Origin: Acidimicrobiia bacterium
GTDB lineage: Bacteria > Actinomycetota > Acidimicrobiia > Spongiisociales > JAENVV01
Reading direction: 5' to 3'
Assembly (NCBI GenBank): GCA_041577335.1
Contig: JBFGJH010000033.1
Location: 1-35,209, forward strand
Length of the DNA: 35,209 nucleotides
This document shows, one piece after another, positions 1-10,170 of this stretch. A program made the position numbers and the translations under genes. Each line of letters begins with the position of its first letter. Positions within the stretch are counted from its first letter, which is position 1. The notes under the pieces are model-generated. The model worked only from the letters and a program-made list of their open reading frames with translations. It was not told the DNA's origin and did not search any database.

Positions 1-403
<403 letters not shown>

Positions 404-464
404 ATTTGAATCCAAACGTTCGTGCTCGCTATGGAGTGCTCAAAGTGTTGAGCACGCAAGATTT

Positions 465-582
<118 letters not shown>

Positions 583-599
583 ATAAAACGTACGGAGAC

Positions 600-630
600 A
601 GGGCTGACTCGCATGAGTCAGCCCTTCTTC
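600..630 (+). terminator. rrn operon intrinsic terminator
   Basis: Perfect 11-bp stem AGGGCTGACTC-gcat-GAGTCAGCCCT followed by TCTTC, just after 5S. Confidence 0.8.
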
Positions 631-677
631 GTAGAGTCGCGGTATACACCTCGGCGTCGAGCAGCCGAACGGACCTG

Positions 678-1637
678 ATGAGCGAACGATCCTCAAATCA
701 ACCAAGCAAGGGCTCGCAGTCTTCGCGCCGTCAAAACGGCGGGTCGAGTTCCTCGCGAGGTGGACGATCAGGCGGGAGCCAAAATCGTGACCAGAAAGCC
801 GGCGGGTCGCGAAGCTCGAGCGGTGACAGCCGCTCCGGAAAGAGCCAGGGACGAAGCAAGGGGAGTAGCGCAAAGGGATCAGGTGGCTCGTCACGTCAGC
901 AGTCGACCTATCGATCCGGAGATCGAAAAGGCTCACAGAGTGGCCGACCGCCGTCGAGCCGTTCGCGCGAGCAACTCCGTACCGCCGGCTCTGGCGGCGG
1001 TGACCTGCCGAACTGGATCAAGGAGGAGGTCGCCCGCACGACGCCCAAGGAGAAGCGGCCGATCGTGCTCGGCCTTCTGTCAGAAGCGGCGGACGCCTTC
1101 GCCGCTGGGCGGTATCCGCGTGCGCACCAAATCTTGCTCCGTGCCAAGAAAGAGACGACGCGAGTTGCCACGGTTCGCGAGCTTCTCGGCCTCACGGCCT
1201 ATCGCATGGGCCGGTGGGACGAAGCCCTCAAGGAGCTGCGAACGTACCGGCGCATCGACGGCGACACCTCGCACATGCCGGTCGAAATGGACTGTCAGCG
1301 AGCGCTGGGGCGCCCTCAGGACGTGGAAAAGACGTGGGAGCGCTACAACGAACTCGGCGGGCAGGCTTCGACCGACGCAGAGAGCAAAGTGGTCTACGGT
1401 GCCTTCCTGCTCGACGAAGGCCGGGGTCGAGAGGCCTGGAAGGTAGTCAACCCGGGGCGAATCTCCCAGAACCCGAAAGAATGGGACCTCCGCCAATGGT
1501 ATGTGGCGGCCCGGGTGGCGGCTCGCCTCGGTGACGGTCACACGGCCCGCCAGCTCCTCGGCGCCATCGAACGACACGAGCTGGCATTCCCCGGGCTGGA
1601 TGTCGTCCGCGACGAACTGGCAGCTCTCGACCAGTGA
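678..1637 (+). CDS. Tetratricopeptide-repeat protein with Ser/Gly/Arg-rich disordered N-terminus
   Basis: About 105 aa of low-complexity SRG tail, then helical TPR-like region (VRELLGLTAYRMGRWDEALKELRTYRR, DCQRALGRP). This type of gene is typically found after actinobacterial rrn operons. Confidence 0.85.
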   Translation: MSERSSNQPSKGSQSSRRQNGGSSSSRGGRSGGSQNRDQKAGGSRSSSGDSRSGKSQGRSKGSSAKGSGGSSRQQSTYRSGDRKGSQSGRPPSSRSREQLRTAGSGGGDLPNWIKEEVARTTPKEKRPIVLGLLSEAADAFAAGRYPRAHQILLRAKKETTRVATVRELLGLTAYRMGRWDEALKELRTYRRIDGDTSHMPVEMDCQRALGRPQDVEKTWERYNELGGQASTDAESKVVYGAFLLDEGRGREAWKVVNPGRISQNPKEWDLRQWYVAARVAARLGDGHTARQLLGAIERHELAFPGLDVVRDELAALDQ

Positions 1638-1705
1638 TTCTGTCCTAGCCACGTCATACGGTCCCTCCAGTTCCCGCCCTTCCCCACGACGGAAGGAACG
1701 ACTCA

Positions 1706-2056
1706 ATGGACATGAACCTGGTCGTCATCTCCGGGCTGCTCGCTGCCCCACCGGAGCTGCGCACCCTCAACTCTGGCGCCGTCATCGCCAGGTATCTGCT
1801 CACCACCCGAACCGATGACCCGCGTCGGCGAGTGGACGTGGTCCCGGTGACCCAGTGGAACCCTCCCAGCGAGGCGTCGACCTATGCCTCGGGCTCTCGG
1901 TTGTGCGCCGTCGGGTCTATCCAACGCAGGTTCTGGGACGCAGCAGACGGACGGCGTGGCCGGCTGGAATTCGTGGCATCCCATGTCGTCGACGAGCGCT
2001 CTCAGCTCGATATACCTGCGTGCGACCCGGCAAAGAACACCGAGACGTCGTCATGA
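1706..2056 (+). CDS. Short single-stranded DNA-binding protein (SSB paralogue, no acidic C-terminal tip)
   Basis: OB-fold signature MNLVVISGLLAAPPELRTLNSG...DVVPVTQW...AVGSIQRRFW; SD AAGGA upstream. Confidence 0.8.
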   Translation: MDMNLVVISGLLAAPPELRTLNSGAVIARYLLTTRTDDPRRRVDVVPVTQWNPPSEASTYASGSRLCAVGSIQRRFWDAADGRRGRLEFVASHVVDERSQLDIPACDPAKNTETSS

Positions 2057-2346
2057 CGGATTGCTTGGGTTCCGGCCACGAAGACATACGCACCCAATGC
2101 CAGGTTCCCCAGGACCGCCAAAGCAAGAATCCACCCAGCCGTCGCCGGCAGCGAAGACTCCCGATAGGCAACCCAGACGGCGGCAACCGCCAAGCCCAGG
2201 TAGAGATCGACCAGCGAGACGATACCCCACGGCTGGTCTGTGATGATCGAGAAGTCGTCCGTGATGGAGCTTTGCGAAGCAGCCCAGAGAATGATGCCGA
2301 GCATCGCCAGTACCACCGTTGCTCCACCTACCTGAATCATCCTCAT
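2002..2346 (-). CDS. DUF1475-like small membrane protein
   Basis: Three hydrophobic helices; PWGIVSLVDLYLG...WVAYRE...LGN pattern. Confidence 0.7.
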   Translation of the reverse strand: MRMIQVGGATVVLAMLGIILWAASQSSITDDFSIITDQPWGIVSLVDLYLGLAVAAVWVAYRESSLPATAGWILALAVLGNLALGAYVFVAGTQAIRHDDVSVFFAGSHAGISS

Positions 2347-2385
2347 GTCTTGCAGTCCTCCATGTGCCGGTAACCTGCTTCCCTC

Positions 2386-3882
2386 ATGGGAACACCAGGA
2401 AGGGTCACGGTAGCGGCGCCCTCACAACTCGCTGCGGACGCCGGCGGAGCGATGGCCGCCGAAGGCGGTAATGCCGTGGACGCCGCCGTGGCGGCAATGC
2501 TCGTAGCAATGATCTCCGAGCCAGGCGTGTGCTCCCTCGGTGGCGGCGGTTTCATCACGATTTGGGGCGATCATCCCGCCGTGACCATCGATGGCTATAT
2601 GGAAATGCCCGGCCGGGGCCTGCCGCAGGAAGCGTTTGGCAATGGGTATTCCGAGGTGACCATGGAATATGGCGGGGGCGTGACGACACAGATCGGATTT
2701 GGGACCGTCGCCACCCCGGGCGGTCTCAAGGTGCTGTCGGCGGCCAACGAACGATATGGCGTCGTGCCCTGGAGCTATGTTCTCGCGCCGACGATCGAGG
2801 TCGCCGACCAAGGATTCCCCTTGTCGGACTCGGCCGCCCATTACCTCACCTTCTCACACGAGCCGCTGTTTGGCCTCGACCCCGTCGGGTATGCGGCACT
2901 CGCTCAAGATGGGCGCACCAAGCTCGCCGGCGAGACGGTCGTGGTACCGAATCTCGCCGACACGCTCGAGGCGATCGCCGCCGAAGGCGTTGGCCTCTTC
3001 TACGAGGGTGAAATCGCGGTTGCGCTTGCCGAGACGATGGCCAAAGAGGGTGGCATCCTCACGCGCCGGGACCTGGCGTTGTACCGGGAGCTCTATCGAG
3101 ACCCCATCATGGCGGAGTTCGGCGAGTGGACCATCGCAACCAACCCTGGCCCTGCCATCGGAGGCGCCACGCTGGCAGCGATGTTGGAGCTGCTCGCCGG
3201 CGGTGAGGGAAGCTACATCGATATCCAGCTCGCGGTCCTCGGTTTTCGCCGGGACCGGCTCGACGACGCGGCCGACCGGTCGGCTGCCGTCGCGACACTG
3301 CTCGCCCTGGCCCGGAGTGCCGAGTGGCGTTCGCTGCTGACCTCGCCGTCGACGGTCCACGTCTCAGCGGTCGATCGCGACGGCATCGGTTGCGCGATCA
3401 CCATGTCAGCAGGATATGGGTCGGGAGTCATGGCTCCCGATACGGGAATCTGGCTCAACAACGCCCTTGGTGAAGTCGAATTGAACAGACGAGGCTTTCA
3501 CGCCCTGCCCGTGGGAGAACGCCTGATATCGAACATGGCTCCGACCGTCGCCAAGAGTCACCTCGGCTCCACGGTTGCGATCGGTTCTCCCGGTGCCGAC
3601 CGGATCACCACCGCAATGGCGTCGACGCTTGCCAATCTGGCAGAGGGCCACTCGCTCTCCGAAGCGATCGAGGCGCCACGCTGCCACGTCGAGTTCACCG
3701 ACCAAGGTCCGCGCGTTGCCGCCGAGCCAGGCGTGAATGTCGAAGGGACGGAGCTACCGATCCGGTGGTTCGACAACCTGGACATGTTCTTTGGTGGAGT
3801 AGCGGCTGCATTGGTCCATGCCGATCATCGCACTGAGGCCGCCGCCGATCCGCGCCGCACAGGCGGCACGGCGTACGGATAG
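2386..3882 (+). CDS. ggt: Gamma-glutamyltransferase family protein
   Basis: GGNAVDAAVAA, SLGGGGF, ATPG, nucleophile Thr in STVHVSAVD, SNMAPT and GSPGADRI motifs. Confidence 0.9.
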   Translation: MGTPGRVTVAAPSQLAADAGGAMAAEGGNAVDAAVAAMLVAMISEPGVCSLGGGGFITIWGDHPAVTIDGYMEMPGRGLPQEAFGNGYSEVTMEYGGGVTTQIGFGTVATPGGLKVLSAANERYGVVPWSYVLAPTIEVADQGFPLSDSAAHYLTFSHEPLFGLDPVGYAALAQDGRTKLAGETVVVPNLADTLEAIAAEGVGLFYEGEIAVALAETMAKEGGILTRRDLALYRELYRDPIMAEFGEWTIATNPGPAIGGATLAAMLELLAGGEGSYIDIQLAVLGFRRDRLDDAADRSAAVATLLALARSAEWRSLLTSPSTVHVSAVDRDGIGCAITMSAGYGSGVMAPDTGIWLNNALGEVELNRRGFHALPVGERLISNMAPTVAKSHLGSTVAIGSPGADRITTAMASTLANLAEGHSLSEAIEAPRCHVEFTDQGPRVAAEPGVNVEGTELPIRWFDNLDMFFGGVAAALVHADHRTEAAADPRRTGGTAYG

Positions 3883-3884
3883 CG

Positions 3885-4670
3885 GTGTACGGATTCCTGC
3901 GCAGGCCGAGCTGGATCGGTCTCGGGCTCGTCAGCCTGTTGCTGGGGGTGGCTTTCGCGAGCCTGGGACTCTGGCAGATGCGACGTCTCGGCGAGGTGCA
4001 GCGCCAGAACTCCCTGATCGCCGAGAGGCTGGCGGGGCCTGTCAACTCGATCGAAACGGTGGTCGATGGTCGAGCCGACCCTGTGATGGCGGCTGACGAG
4101 TACGCCTTCATCCGGGTGACCGCGACCGGGACCTTCGACCCGACCGAAGAGGTGCTCATCCGTTCGCAAACCAACAACGGAATAGCTGGCTTTCACGTCG
4201 TCACGCCTTTGATCCTCGCCGATGGCATGGCCGTGCTCGTCAACAGAGGATGGGTGCCGTTGGACATGGAAACTCCTCCTGTCCCGGCGTCGCCTCCCGC
4301 CGGGCCGCAAACCGTGGCGATCGTGCTGCAACCGACCCAGTTGCGGGGCCGCTTTGGACCGACCGAACCAGAGGGAGAACTGCCTCGGCTCAGCAGGATC
4401 GACATCGAACGGATCGCCGAGCAGGTGCCGTACGATCTGTATCCGGTCTACGGCCTGGCAGCAGCCTCGGGTGAGGCGCTCCCCGTTGCGGTCGAGCTCC
4501 CCGAGCTGACCGACGGCCCGCACCTGTCCTACGCGATCCAGTGGTTCGCTTTTGTCGGGATTGCAGTCGGTGGCTTCGCGTTATTGGTCAGGAGAGAGGC
4601 GAGTCGCTCGGCCGGCACAAGACCCCCGGCTGGTGATGTCGTGGAAGAGGCAGGGGAAGCCCGACCCTAG
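3885..4670 (+). CDS. SURF1 family cytochrome oxidase biogenesis protein
   Basis: LGLWQMRR, GFHVVTPL, VLVNRGWVP, GPHLSYAIQWFAF motifs; two terminal TM helices. Confidence 0.93.
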   Translation: MYGFLRRPSWIGLGLVSLLLGVAFASLGLWQMRRLGEVQRQNSLIAERLAGPVNSIETVVDGRADPVMAADEYAFIRVTATGTFDPTEEVLIRSQTNNGIAGFHVVTPLILADGMAVLVNRGWVPLDMETPPVPASPPAGPQTVAIVLQPTQLRGRFGPTEPEGELPRLSRIDIERIAEQVPYDLYPVYGLAAASGEALPVAVELPELTDGPHLSYAIQWFAFVGIAVGGFALLVRREASRSAGTRPPAGDVVEEAGEARP

Positions 4671-5050
4671 TGATCGTGCGCAGTTTCTTGGGCGGTCCGC
4701 TCGGCGATCTGACGATGGACATCTTCCATGTCGAGATCACGCACCTGCTTGATCAAGTCTTCGAGCATCGGAGCCGGCAGTGCGCCGGCTTCGCGATAGA
4801 GAACGACGTTGTCTCGAAACACCATCAACGTGGGTATCGAGCGGATGTCAAAGGATCCGGCGAGTCGTTGCTGATCTTCCGTGTCGACCTTGGCGAACAC
4901 GATGTCATCGTGGGTCTCGGAGGCAGACTCGAACGTCGGAGCGAAGCTCCGGCACGGTCCGCACCACTCGGCCCAGAAGTCGACGATCACGATGTCGTTG
5001 TCGGTGATGGTCGATTCGAAGTTGTCTTCGGTGACAGTCACGGTTGCCAT
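4667..5050 (-). CDS. trxA: Thioredoxin
   Basis: DFWAEWCGPC active site and IRSIPTL. Confidence 0.95.
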   Translation of the reverse strand: MATVTVTEDNFESTITDNDIVIVDFWAEWCGPCRSFAPTFESASETHDDIVFAKVDTEDQQRLAGSFDIRSIPTLMVFRDNVVLYREAGALPAPMLEDLIKQVRDLDMEDVHRQIAERTAQETAHDH

Positions 5051-5088
5051 AGCTCAATGCTCCAAAGTTTGGTGGGTATCGCCGGGTT

Positions 5089-5115
5089 CAACGGCGCGCC
5101 CAGGAGGCTTATTCC
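5089..5115 (-). promoter_or_regulatory. SigR/SigH-type ECF sigma promoter of trxA
   Basis: Minus strand reads GGAAT-N18-GTTG, the actinobacterial disulfide-stress sigma consensus, 38 nt upstream of the trxA ATG. Confidence 0.8.
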
Positions 5116-5121
5116 CCTGGC

Positions 5122-6435
5122 CTACCGCTGAAAATCGTAGATCGCCCCGAGGCCGAGGAGCTGGCTGAGCTCATCCAAGGCGGTTCTGCTCTGGTCGAGT
5201 AATGAGGGGTCGGCGAGATCGCCTGGCAGGAGCTCGTCGCGGTAGTGACGATGGACCCACGCGACGAGAGCGGCGTAGCGCTCCTCGGTGAGGAGGCTGC
5301 CCGCGTTGACGTGCGCCTGCTGATCGCCCGTCAGAACGACTCGAAGTCGGAGACAGGCCGGCCCGCCGCCGTTGCGCATGCTCTGTCGCAGGTCGAAGAG
5401 CAGCACGCGGTCGATTGCCGAGTCGCCTTCGAGGAGCTCCGTGACGAACTCCCACACCGCCGAATCGCTTCGTACCTCTTGCGGTGCCACGAGGACATGC
5501 TCTGCCCCGACCTTCACCAGCTGGCTGTTGAAGAGATAGGTGCCCACCGCGACGTCGATCGCCACGCGACTCTCCGGCACCTCGACGAGCCGGACCCCAG
5601 GGAGCGCCGACCGCACCGCCCGTTTGACCTCGACCGGGTCGAGGAAGGCTCGCTCGTGGAAGAAAAAGACGTCGAGGTTGCCGACCGAGATGACGTCGTT
5701 GTGGAATACCCCTTGATCGATCGCCGCCGGACTTTGTTGGGCGAGGATCGTGCGGCTCGGGGCAAGGCCATGACGGCGAATCACGGCTTCGCAGGCACCC
5801 CGATGCTGGCGGGCCCGATACCGAGAGGGCTGGCTCGTACCGGGTGCGCCAAACACGAAGAGCTCAATCCCTGGGGACGCATAGTCGCGGGTCAGCCGTG
5901 TGTGGTTGGCGGCCCCTTCGTCACCGAAGGCGCTGGGGAGCGGCGCATGCACGGCGAACAGTTCTTCCGCTGGAAACGTCGCCTCCAGGATCCGCTGTGT
6001 CTCACCGGCTTCGATGCTGCGATGGAACTGCGAGCTGAGATTGGCAACGGTGAGATGCACCCGACCATCCGCCGTATCGGGGGACGGGGAGACCGTGGCG
6101 GCGTTCGCCGCCCACATCGCCGAAGCAGAGGAGGCCGCTTCGAGCAGCCTCGGATCGGCCTGAAGAGCTGCCTGGAGGACCGCCCCGTCGCCTCCGTCGA
6201 ACCCCAACGACCGCAGCGTGGGAATGTGCGGCCGTTCCTGCGGAGGGAGCACTCCTTGGATGAGCCCCAGATCGAACATGGCTTTCATCTTGGCGAGCCC
6301 CTGGAGAGCTGCTTCTTTGGGTCGAGAAGAGAGCCCAGCATTGGCCGCCGATGCGACATTGCCGGCTGCCAATCCACCGTAGTGGTGCGTGGGGCCGACG
6401 ATTCCGTCGAAGTTGACTTCTGCAGCAGCGGTCAT
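5122..6435 (-). CDS. astB: N-succinylarginine dihydrolase
   Basis: EVNFDGIVGPTHHYGGL, SASAMWAANAATVSPS, GDEGAANH, GVFHNDVI, SMRNGGGPACLRLR, YDFQ. Confidence 0.96.
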   Translation of the reverse strand: MTAAAEVNFDGIVGPTHHYGGLAAGNVASAANAGLSSRPKEAALQGLAKMKAMFDLGLIQGVLPPQERPHIPTLRSLGFDGGDGAVLQAALQADPRLLEAASSASAMWAANAATVSPSPDTADGRVHLTVANLSSQFHRSIEAGETQRILEATFPAEELFAVHAPLPSAFGDEGAANHTRLTRDYASPGIELFVFGAPGTSQPSRYRARQHRGACEAVIRRHGLAPSRTILAQQSPAAIDQGVFHNDVISVGNLDVFFFHERAFLDPVEVKRAVRSALPGVRLVEVPESRVAIDVAVGTYLFNSQLVKVGAEHVLVAPQEVRSDSAVWEFVTELLEGDSAIDRVLLFDLRQSMRNGGGPACLRLRVVLTGDQQAHVNAGSLLTEERYAALVAWVHRHYRDELLPGDLADPSLLDQSRTALDELSQLLGLGAIYDFQR

Positions 6436-7877
6436 TGGCCGGGCATGGGCGGCGGCATCACGAGCTCACCGGACTCCATGGAGGCGACGGGATACGAGCT
6501 GTAGTCGGCGGCGTAGAACGCCGCCGGGCGATGATTGCCCGACGCACCGACACCGCCGAAGGGTGCGGCGCTCGAGGCCCCGGTTGTGGGCCGGTTCCAG
6601 TTGACGATGCCGGCACGAAGCTGCGACCAGAGCCGGTCATAGGTCTCTCGATCCCCGCCGATGACACCGGCAGCCAGGCCAAACCGCGTGGCATTGGCGC
6701 CCGCCACGGCGTTGGGGAGGTCTGCGTAACGAGTAACGGTGAGCAGCGGTCCGAAATGCTCCTCATCGTCCACGTCTGCTCGAGTGACGTCGAGAATGCC
6801 CGTAGTTACAAACGCGTCGGAGAGCCCTTGGACGGGCGTCATCTTGAGAAGCGGCACTGCGCCGGAGGCCACCATCCGATCTTGGGCGTCGAAGAGCTTG
6901 CCGGCTGCCTCCGTCGAGATCACCGGGCCCATGAAAGGAGCCTCTTCCTCGTCTTGGGGATCGCCGATGCGAATGTGCTGGGCGGCTGCCAGGAGCTCGG
7001 CGATCAGGGTGTCGCCGTAATCCCCGTGAGGCACGAACAACCGGCGCGCACAGGTGCAGCGCTGGCCTGTTGTGACAAAGGCCGATTGGATGATGATCGC
7101 GACGGCCGCCTGCAGCTCAGCGCCCTCGATGACGATGAGCGGGTTGTTTCCCCCCATCTCCAGGGCGAGCAGGACCTCAGGGCGACCGCCGAACTGTCGG
7201 TGCAGCAAGGCACCGGTTGCCGCGCTACCGGTGAACAGCAGCCCCTCGATGGCAGCGGCTGCGAGTGCCGCTCCGGTGTCGCGCCCGCCCTGCACCAGGT
7301 TGAGCACTCCGGCAGGCAGCCCGCTCCGCTCCCACAAGTGCACCAGATGCTCACCGACGAGGGGGGTGAGCTCGGAAGGTTTGAATACCACGGTATTGCC
7401 TGCGAGCAGGGCCGGGACGATATGGCCATTGGGAAGGTGAGCAGGAAAGTTGTACGGCCCGAACACCGCCATCACCCCATGTGGCCTGTGTCGTGTGATA
7501 CCCCCGGAGGCCTCGTCGACGTGGACGCCGGTCCGCTGTCGATACGCCCGCACGGAATGGCCGATTTTGGCGGCGACCGAGCCGACTTCGGTCTTTGCTT
7601 CCCACAGGGGTTTACCGACCTCTCTCGATATCAGGCCAGCGAAGATGTCAGCGTCGTCTGTCACGGCGTCGGCGAACCGTTCGAGTAGCTCGATACGCCG
7701 GTCTACTCCTGCTTCGCTCCAGCCCCCGAAAGCAGCATGCGCGGCGACAACGGCCGCGTCCACCTCACCGGATGTGGCGGCGGTGCCTTCCCAGAGGAGA
7801 TGCCCAGAGGCCGGGTTGAAGGAGGTCATCGGCTCTGCTGATCCGGCCAACCATTGGCCGTCGATGTAGTTGGACAT
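6432..7877 (-). CDS. astD: Succinylglutamate-semialdehyde dehydrogenase
   Basis: FGPYNFPAHLPNGHIVPALLAGN, LEMGGNNP, GQRCTCARR, SGNHRPAAFYAADY. ATG at 7877 overlaps the astA stop (TGATG). Confidence 0.95.
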   Translation of the reverse strand: MSNYIDGQWLAGSAEPMTSFNPASGHLLWEGTAATSGEVDAAVVAAHAAFGGWSEAGVDRRIELLERFADAVTDDADIFAGLISREVGKPLWEAKTEVGSVAAKIGHSVRAYRQRTGVHVDEASGGITRHRPHGVMAVFGPYNFPAHLPNGHIVPALLAGNTVVFKPSELTPLVGEHLVHLWERSGLPAGVLNLVQGGRDTGAALAAAAIEGLLFTGSAATGALLHRQFGGRPEVLLALEMGGNNPLIVIEGAELQAAVAIIIQSAFVTTGQRCTCARRLFVPHGDYGDTLIAELLAAAQHIRIGDPQDEEEAPFMGPVISTEAAGKLFDAQDRMVASGAVPLLKMTPVQGLSDAFVTTGILDVTRADVDDEEHFGPLLTVTRYADLPNAVAGANATRFGLAAGVIGGDRETYDRLWSQLRAGIVNWNRPTTGASSAAPFGGVGASGNHRPAAFYAADYSSYPVASMESGELVMPPPMPGQ

Positions 7878-8905
7878 CAGGGCCGCACAGGAAGGCATCG
7901 AACTGAGTCGCCATCGGAGATCTCCAATGCGTCGGCGACCTCCGGCCTCAGTGTCACCACGTTGTCATTGATCGTCGTCTCTTCGACGACTGAGCGGAAG
8001 TTGGCCAGACCCCGGTTGGTGACGAGGTAGGCGGTACCTTCGGAGGTCGGCTCGGCCACAACGACCGTCGCGATCTCGCTTTCGGCAACGGCTCGGAGGC
8101 GCCGCTTCTCGACCTCGAGCGTCGGACCGCCGTCGAAGATGTCGATGTATCCGCCGGAGGCGAAGCCCTCGCTCTGGAGGAGCCGGAGGGCAGGCTCGGT
8201 TTCGGGATGGACGCGTCCGATGGCGTCTTGGACTGCGTAAGGGAGCAGGGTCACATAGATGGGAAGCACAGGCATCAATTCGGCAATGAAGGTCTTGTTG
8301 CCGCGGGCAGAAATGTCGTCCGCCTCCGGAAAGGGCATGCCGAAGAAGTGACGTCCTATTCCTTCCCAGAACGGCGCAGTCCCGTCGGGGAGCTGGAAGC
8401 CTCGCATCTCCGCAAAGATCTTGTCGGTGAACCGCTCAGGATGCTCGGCGATGAAGAGAAGCCGTGAGATCGACGTGAGCCGCCCGCTGTTGTTCCGTCG
8501 ATAGGCACTGTCGAGGAACAGGCTTCCGATCTCGCTCTTGCCGGTGTAGTCGTTGGTGAGGAACAGGGTCGGGACCTGCTTGTACACCCCCAACTCGCGA
8601 CTGGTGAACACGCGGGTCCCAATCCGGTAGGAGTAGAACGCTTCGGGCTTTCCCACCGAGGCGTAGATCGCTCCCGTGCCGATGATGGTGCCGGCGTCCG
8701 TGTCCTCGAGCACGAAGAAGTACACCTCTTCGCCCGGCTCGGCTACCTCGGCGCCAAACGACTCGACCCCCTTGGCGAGGCGTCCCTCGATGAGGTCTGG
8801 GTACGGTCGCAACGTTGACAGCCCCTTCAGGGAATCACCGGCGTCGGTGAGCAACTTCAGCACACCGTCGAGGTCGTCCAGGTTGCCCGGGCGGAAGCGG
8901 ATCAC
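7877..8905 (-). CDS. astA: Arginine N-succinyltransferase
   Basis: YFFVLED, FYSYR, LFLTNDYTGKSEIGSLFL, AEMRG, PFWEGIGRHFF, FIAELMP, YIDIFDGGPTLE. Probable GTG start at 8905 overlaps the M20 gene stop (GTGA). Confidence 0.94.
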   Translation of the reverse strand: MIRFRPGNLDDLDGVLKLLTDAGDSLKGLSTLRPYPDLIEGRLAKGVESFGAEVAEPGEEVYFFVLEDTDAGTIIGTGAIYASVGKPEAFYSYRIGTRVFTSRELGVYKQVPTLFLTNDYTGKSEIGSLFLDSAYRRNNSGRLTSISRLLFIAEHPERFTDKIFAEMRGFQLPDGTAPFWEGIGRHFFGMPFPEADDISARGNKTFIAELMPVLPIYVTLLPYAVQDAIGRVHPETEPALRLLQSEGFASGGYIDIFDGGPTLEVEKRRLRAVAESEIATVVVAEPTSEGTAYLVTNRGLANFRSVVEETTINDNVVTLRPEVADALEISDGDSVRCLPVRP

Positions 8906-10110
8906 GGCACCAGCCTCCCCGACGCGAATTCGAGGAAGAGCACTGTGGCCAGCTGCGACCGGGTTACGAGACTCTCGGTCCACATGAATTCCTCCGAGCT
9001 GTGGATGTTGGCGCCGTGTACGCCAAGGTTATCGATGTTCGGCAGGCCGGCCTCGTACAGGTTGTTGCCGTCAGAGACTCCGCCTGTTTCTTGAATGGTG
9101 ATGGTGAGGCCGAGCTCTTCGCCGATCCTTGCCGCCGCTTCCAGCAGCCGGCGCTGTTGGTTGTCGTAGGGCTTGGGCGGCCTGGTGAAACCTCCGGTGA
9201 CGCTGGTCGTGATGCCGTCGGTCTCGGCATGCCGGCAGATGCGGCGGATCTCGGTGACGGCGGTGTCGGCATCTTGCTGGGTGGCGGATCTGACGTTCAG
9301 CTTCAGCACCGCCACGTCGGGAACGATGTTGGTCGTGTGCCCTCCGCGAACGACGCCAGGATTGATGGTGACACCGTCCCACTGACCGTTGAGGCCGTCG
9401 ATCTGAGAAATGATACGGGCGAGGGCCGTCACGGCGTTGCGACCTTCGGCGTGATCTCGGCCGGCGTGGGCAGCCCTTCCGCGAACCACGATCGAGAAAG
9501 TGCCGCTTCCTTTCCGACCTCCCGCCAGACCGCCGTCGGGAAACGAAGGCTCGAAGATGAAACCGACGTCCTTGTCTTGGGCGGCCTCGGCGAGCACGGG
9601 CGCCGAACCCACCGAGCCGAGCTCCTCATCAGGGTTGAAAAGCAGCTCCCATCCCACACGTGAGGCCAACGGAGATTGCTCGAGCTGCTCGAGTGCGGTC
9701 TTCAGGACGAGTAAACCTCCCTTCATGTCGGCCACTCCTGGTCCCAAGATCTGCTCATCGGTGATGGTGACTGCCTGGAAAGGGTCATCAGCACCGAACA
9801 CAGTGTCGTAGTGACCCACGAGCAACATCTGCAATGGCGCGTCGGGTCGTCGGCGAAATCTGACCACATTGCCGAGCGGTTGTGTCGTTTGGGCGCCGTT
9901 GTCGGCAATGATGTTCCACGGCTGGAGCGCTTCGACGCTCGATGTGGTGGCGAGCGCGCCGAACAGGTCGAAGAGCTCGGCCTCGAATGCGGCGAGTCCG
10001 ACGAGGTTGGTCGAACCCGTGTTCATGGCGGCCATCGCCTCGAGTCTCTGAATCAGATGATCTCGCTGGGGGGGGATGGCATCGATTGCGGCGGTATGGG
10101 TTTCGGGCAC
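8902..10110 (-). CDS. M20 family metallo-hydrolase (carboxypeptidase G2-like); probable succinylglutamate desuccinylase replacing AstE
   Basis: GHYDTV, GPGVADMKGG, DEELGS, FEP, GGVSDGN, IHSSEE motifs; first gene of the coupled ast operon; probable leaderless GTG at 10110. The substrate is inferred from context. Confidence 0.88.
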   Translation of the reverse strand: MPETHTAAIDAIPPQRDHLIQRLEAMAAMNTGSTNLVGLAAFEAELFDLFGALATTSSVEALQPWNIIADNGAQTTQPLGNVVRFRRRPDAPLQMLLVGHYDTVFGADDPFQAVTITDEQILGPGVADMKGGLLVLKTALEQLEQSPLASRVGWELLFNPDEELGSVGSAPVLAEAAQDKDVGFIFEPSFPDGGLAGGRKGSGTFSIVVRGRAAHAGRDHAEGRNAVTALARIISQIDGLNGQWDGVTINPGVVRGGHTTNIVPDVAVLKLNVRSATQQDADTAVTEIRRICRHAETDGITTSVTGGFTRPPKPYDNQQRRLLEAAARIGEELGLTITIQETGGVSDGNNLYEAGLPNIDNLGVHGANIHSSEEFMWTESLVTRSQLATVLFLEFASGRLVP

Positions 10111-10170
10111 GGGCCGACAGTAACTGAATCGCCCGGTGGGTTGCACGTCTGGCGGTACACTCCCCGGGCC
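10111..10170. promoter_or_regulatory. Back-to-back -10 elements of the divergent ast genes
   Basis: TACTGT on minus (10122-10117) lies 6 nt before the GTG at 10110; TACACT on plus (10156-10161) lies 9 nt before the ATG at 10171. No SD on either side. Confidence 0.6.

Noticed and set aside
5031..5041. GTGACAGTCAC palindrome resembling matS or the 20263/21000 motif
   Set aside because: It lies inside trxA codons (Val-Thr-Val-Thr). The spacing differs from matS and the half-site order differs from the other motif.
5245..7688. Long plus-strand ORFs (419 and 417 aa) opposite astB and astD
   Set aside because: Antisense shadows typical of high-GC coding DNA, with no motifs. The same applies to 11909-13192, 24819-26129 and 10177-11133.
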